A DNA stretch of 49,805 bases from Burkholderiales bacterium (GTDB lineage Bacteria; Pseudomonadota; Gammaproteobacteria; Burkholderiales; JAEUOS01): contig CANGUJ010000001.1 of NCBI GenBank assembly GCA_947456845.1, positions 1 to 49,805 of the forward strand. The letters run 5' to 3'. The notes beneath the pieces are model-generated. The model did not search any database. It saw only the letters and a program-made list of their open reading frames with translations, and was not told the DNA's origin. The number at the start of each line of letters is the position of its first letter. Within the stretch, counting starts at the first letter, position 1. Below are positions 48,790 through 49,805 of this stretch, in pieces. The position numbers were made by a program, and so were the translations under genes.

Positions 48790-49254
48790 CTACGCGCCCC
48801 CGGCGAAGCCGCCCTGGCGCCATGCCTCCATCACGACGACCGCTACCGCGTTTGACAGGTTGAGGCTGCGATTGCCCGGGTGCATGGGTATTCGCAGGCG
48901 TCGCTCGGCGGCGAATTGCTCGAGGACCAACCCTGGAAGTCCGCGGGTTTCCGGGCCGAACACGAACACATCCTCATCCCGGAACGACACCTCGGCATAA
49001 TTGCGCGCACCGCGGGTCGACAGGGCGAAAAGCCGGCGTTCTCCCAGGGCCGACCGGCAGGCAGCCCAATCCGGATGAACGCGCACCCGCGCATACTCGT
49101 GATAATCGAGGCCGGCGCGCTTGAGTTGCCGGTCCTCCATGCGAAAGCCGAGTGGTTCGACCAGGTGCAATTGCGCGCCGGTATTGGCCGCCAGGCGGAT
49201 CACGTTGCCGGTGTTCGGCGGAATCTCGGGCTCGTAGAGGACGATATGCAGCAT
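48790..49254 (-). CDS. trmL: tRNA (cytidine/uridine-2'-O)-methyltransferase TrmL (SpoU family)
   Basis: 154 aa with MLHIVLYEPEIPPNTGNVIRLAANTG...FGPETRGLP...SLNLSNAVAV. Confidence 0.9.
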   Translation of the reverse strand: MLHIVLYEPEIPPNTGNVIRLAANTGAQLHLVEPLGFRMEDRQLKRAGLDYHEYARVRVHPDWAACRSALGERRLFALSTRGARNYAEVSFRDEDVFVFGPETRGLPGLVLEQFAAERRLRIPMHPGNRSLNLSNAVAVVVMEAWRQGGFAGGA

Positions 49255-49299
49255 GCGGGTGCCGTCCGCGTGGCGGCAGGACGGCGCGGGCGCGGTGGG

Positions 49300-49805
49300 T
49301 CAGTTGAGCGCGGTGGCCAGGCGGCGGCGGTACTTCGAGACCAGATCGTGCGCTTCCTCATTGCCCGAAAGCAGGTTGAAGACATTGATCATCGCCTTGC
49401 GTGCGCCTTCCTCATTCCATTTGCGGTCGGTCTGGATGATGCACAGCAGGTGTTCGAGCGCGGTTTCGAAGTCACCCTCGGCGATCTGGGCATGCGCCAG
49501 GTCGAAACGGATGCGCAGATCCTGCGGCGTGGCGGCCAAGGCGGCTTCGAGTTCGGCGGTGGCCGGGAGATCCTTGACCGCGTCGAGGGTTGCCAGGCGT
49601 GCCTTGAGGGCATCGAGGCGCAGCACCGATTCGCGGTCCTCCGGTTTGGGTTCCACAGCGTCAAGGCGCGTACGCGCAGCGTCGAAACGATCGGCGGCCA
49701 TTTCGATTTCCGCCAGGTCGAGGCGCGCCGCGGTGAGGGTAGGTTCGATTGCCAAGGCTTCATCCAGGCAGGCGATCGCGCCATCGAGGTCGCCGCGCCC
49801 GGCCA
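49300..49805 (-). CDS. C-terminal TPR part of a thioredoxin-domain co-chaperone (YbbN/CnoX-like), partial at right edge
   Basis: The frame stays open upstream of the track start (a TTG at 49755) to the window edge (AGRGDLDGAIACLDEAL...). The C-terminal motif DRKWNEEGARKAMINVFNLLG-like is typical of YbbN. Confidence 0.78.
   Translation of the reverse strand, partial: AGRGDLDGAIACLDEALAIEPTLTAARLDLAEIEMAADRFDAARTRLDAVEPKPEDRESVLRLDALKARLATLDAVKDLPATAELEAALAATPQDLRIRFDLAHAQIAEGDFETALEHLLCIIQTDRKWNEEGARKAMINVFNLLSGNEEAHDLVSKYRRRLATALN

Overview
Very GC-rich, densely coding chromosomal window. Gene content (Bug/TctC binding protein, phasin, soxCDYZAXB order) looks like a Burkholderiales-type betaproteobacterium. 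I support about 55 protein-coding genes and found no rRNA, tRNA, CRISPR array, transposase or integrase. Because of the GC content nearly every real gene has long antisense or out-of-frame shadow ORFs in the track. I kept only frames with recognisable family motifs, plausible starts and tight operon spacing. Layout: (1) 0-9.8 kb holds a TRAP transporter operon headed by an orphan LivJ-type binding protein, a divergent gentisate 1,2-dioxygenase-family cupin, and a LysR-controlled Rieske dioxygenase alpha/beta pair followed by an unassigned membrane-anchored repeat protein. (2) 9.8-16 kb is a mosaic: orphan biotinyl-domain protein plus methyltransferase, a lipoprotein, a truncated fatty-acid desaturase remnant, a fused binding-protein/permease ABC gene with no ATPase, gcdH, a Bug binding protein and RidA. 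(3) 16-26 kb has two aromatic or heteroaromatic CoA-thioester modules. One is GST-like, aryl-CoA ligase and a bifunctional salicylyl/2-aminobenzoyl-CoA hydroxylase-reductase. The other is MarR plus NicX-like dioxygenase, alpha/beta hydrolase, acyl-CoA dehydrogenase and AMP-ligase. (4) 26-31.5 kb carries phasin, a CWC-protein/cobT/MFS operon, hsp20 and argB. (5) 31.5-39.1 kb is a complete thiosulfate-oxidation cluster soxCDYZAXB plus a GlcG/DUF336 gene and a TlpA-like thioredoxin. (6) 39.2-49.8 kb is housekeeping: M15 peptidase, pyrimidine nucleotidase, slmA, moeB, ctpA, envC and gpmA, then divergently an ArsR/SqrR-like regulator, rhodanese, grxC, secB, an SH3 protein and gpsA, followed by trmL and a partial ybbN-like gene. 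The most unusual items are: the nicR/nicX/nicD-like module fused to CoA-thioester enzymes; a histone-H1-like Lys/Ala/Pro tail on a dioxygenase beta subunit; a lysine-methyltransferase-like gene paired with an orphan biotinyl-domain protein; a two-Cys persulfide-sensor-like regulator in front of the conserved rhodanese-grxC-secB-gpsA operon; and several perfect palindromes in divergent promoter regions. No single obvious novel system stands out. All functional calls come from motif and family recognition by eye, not from searches.
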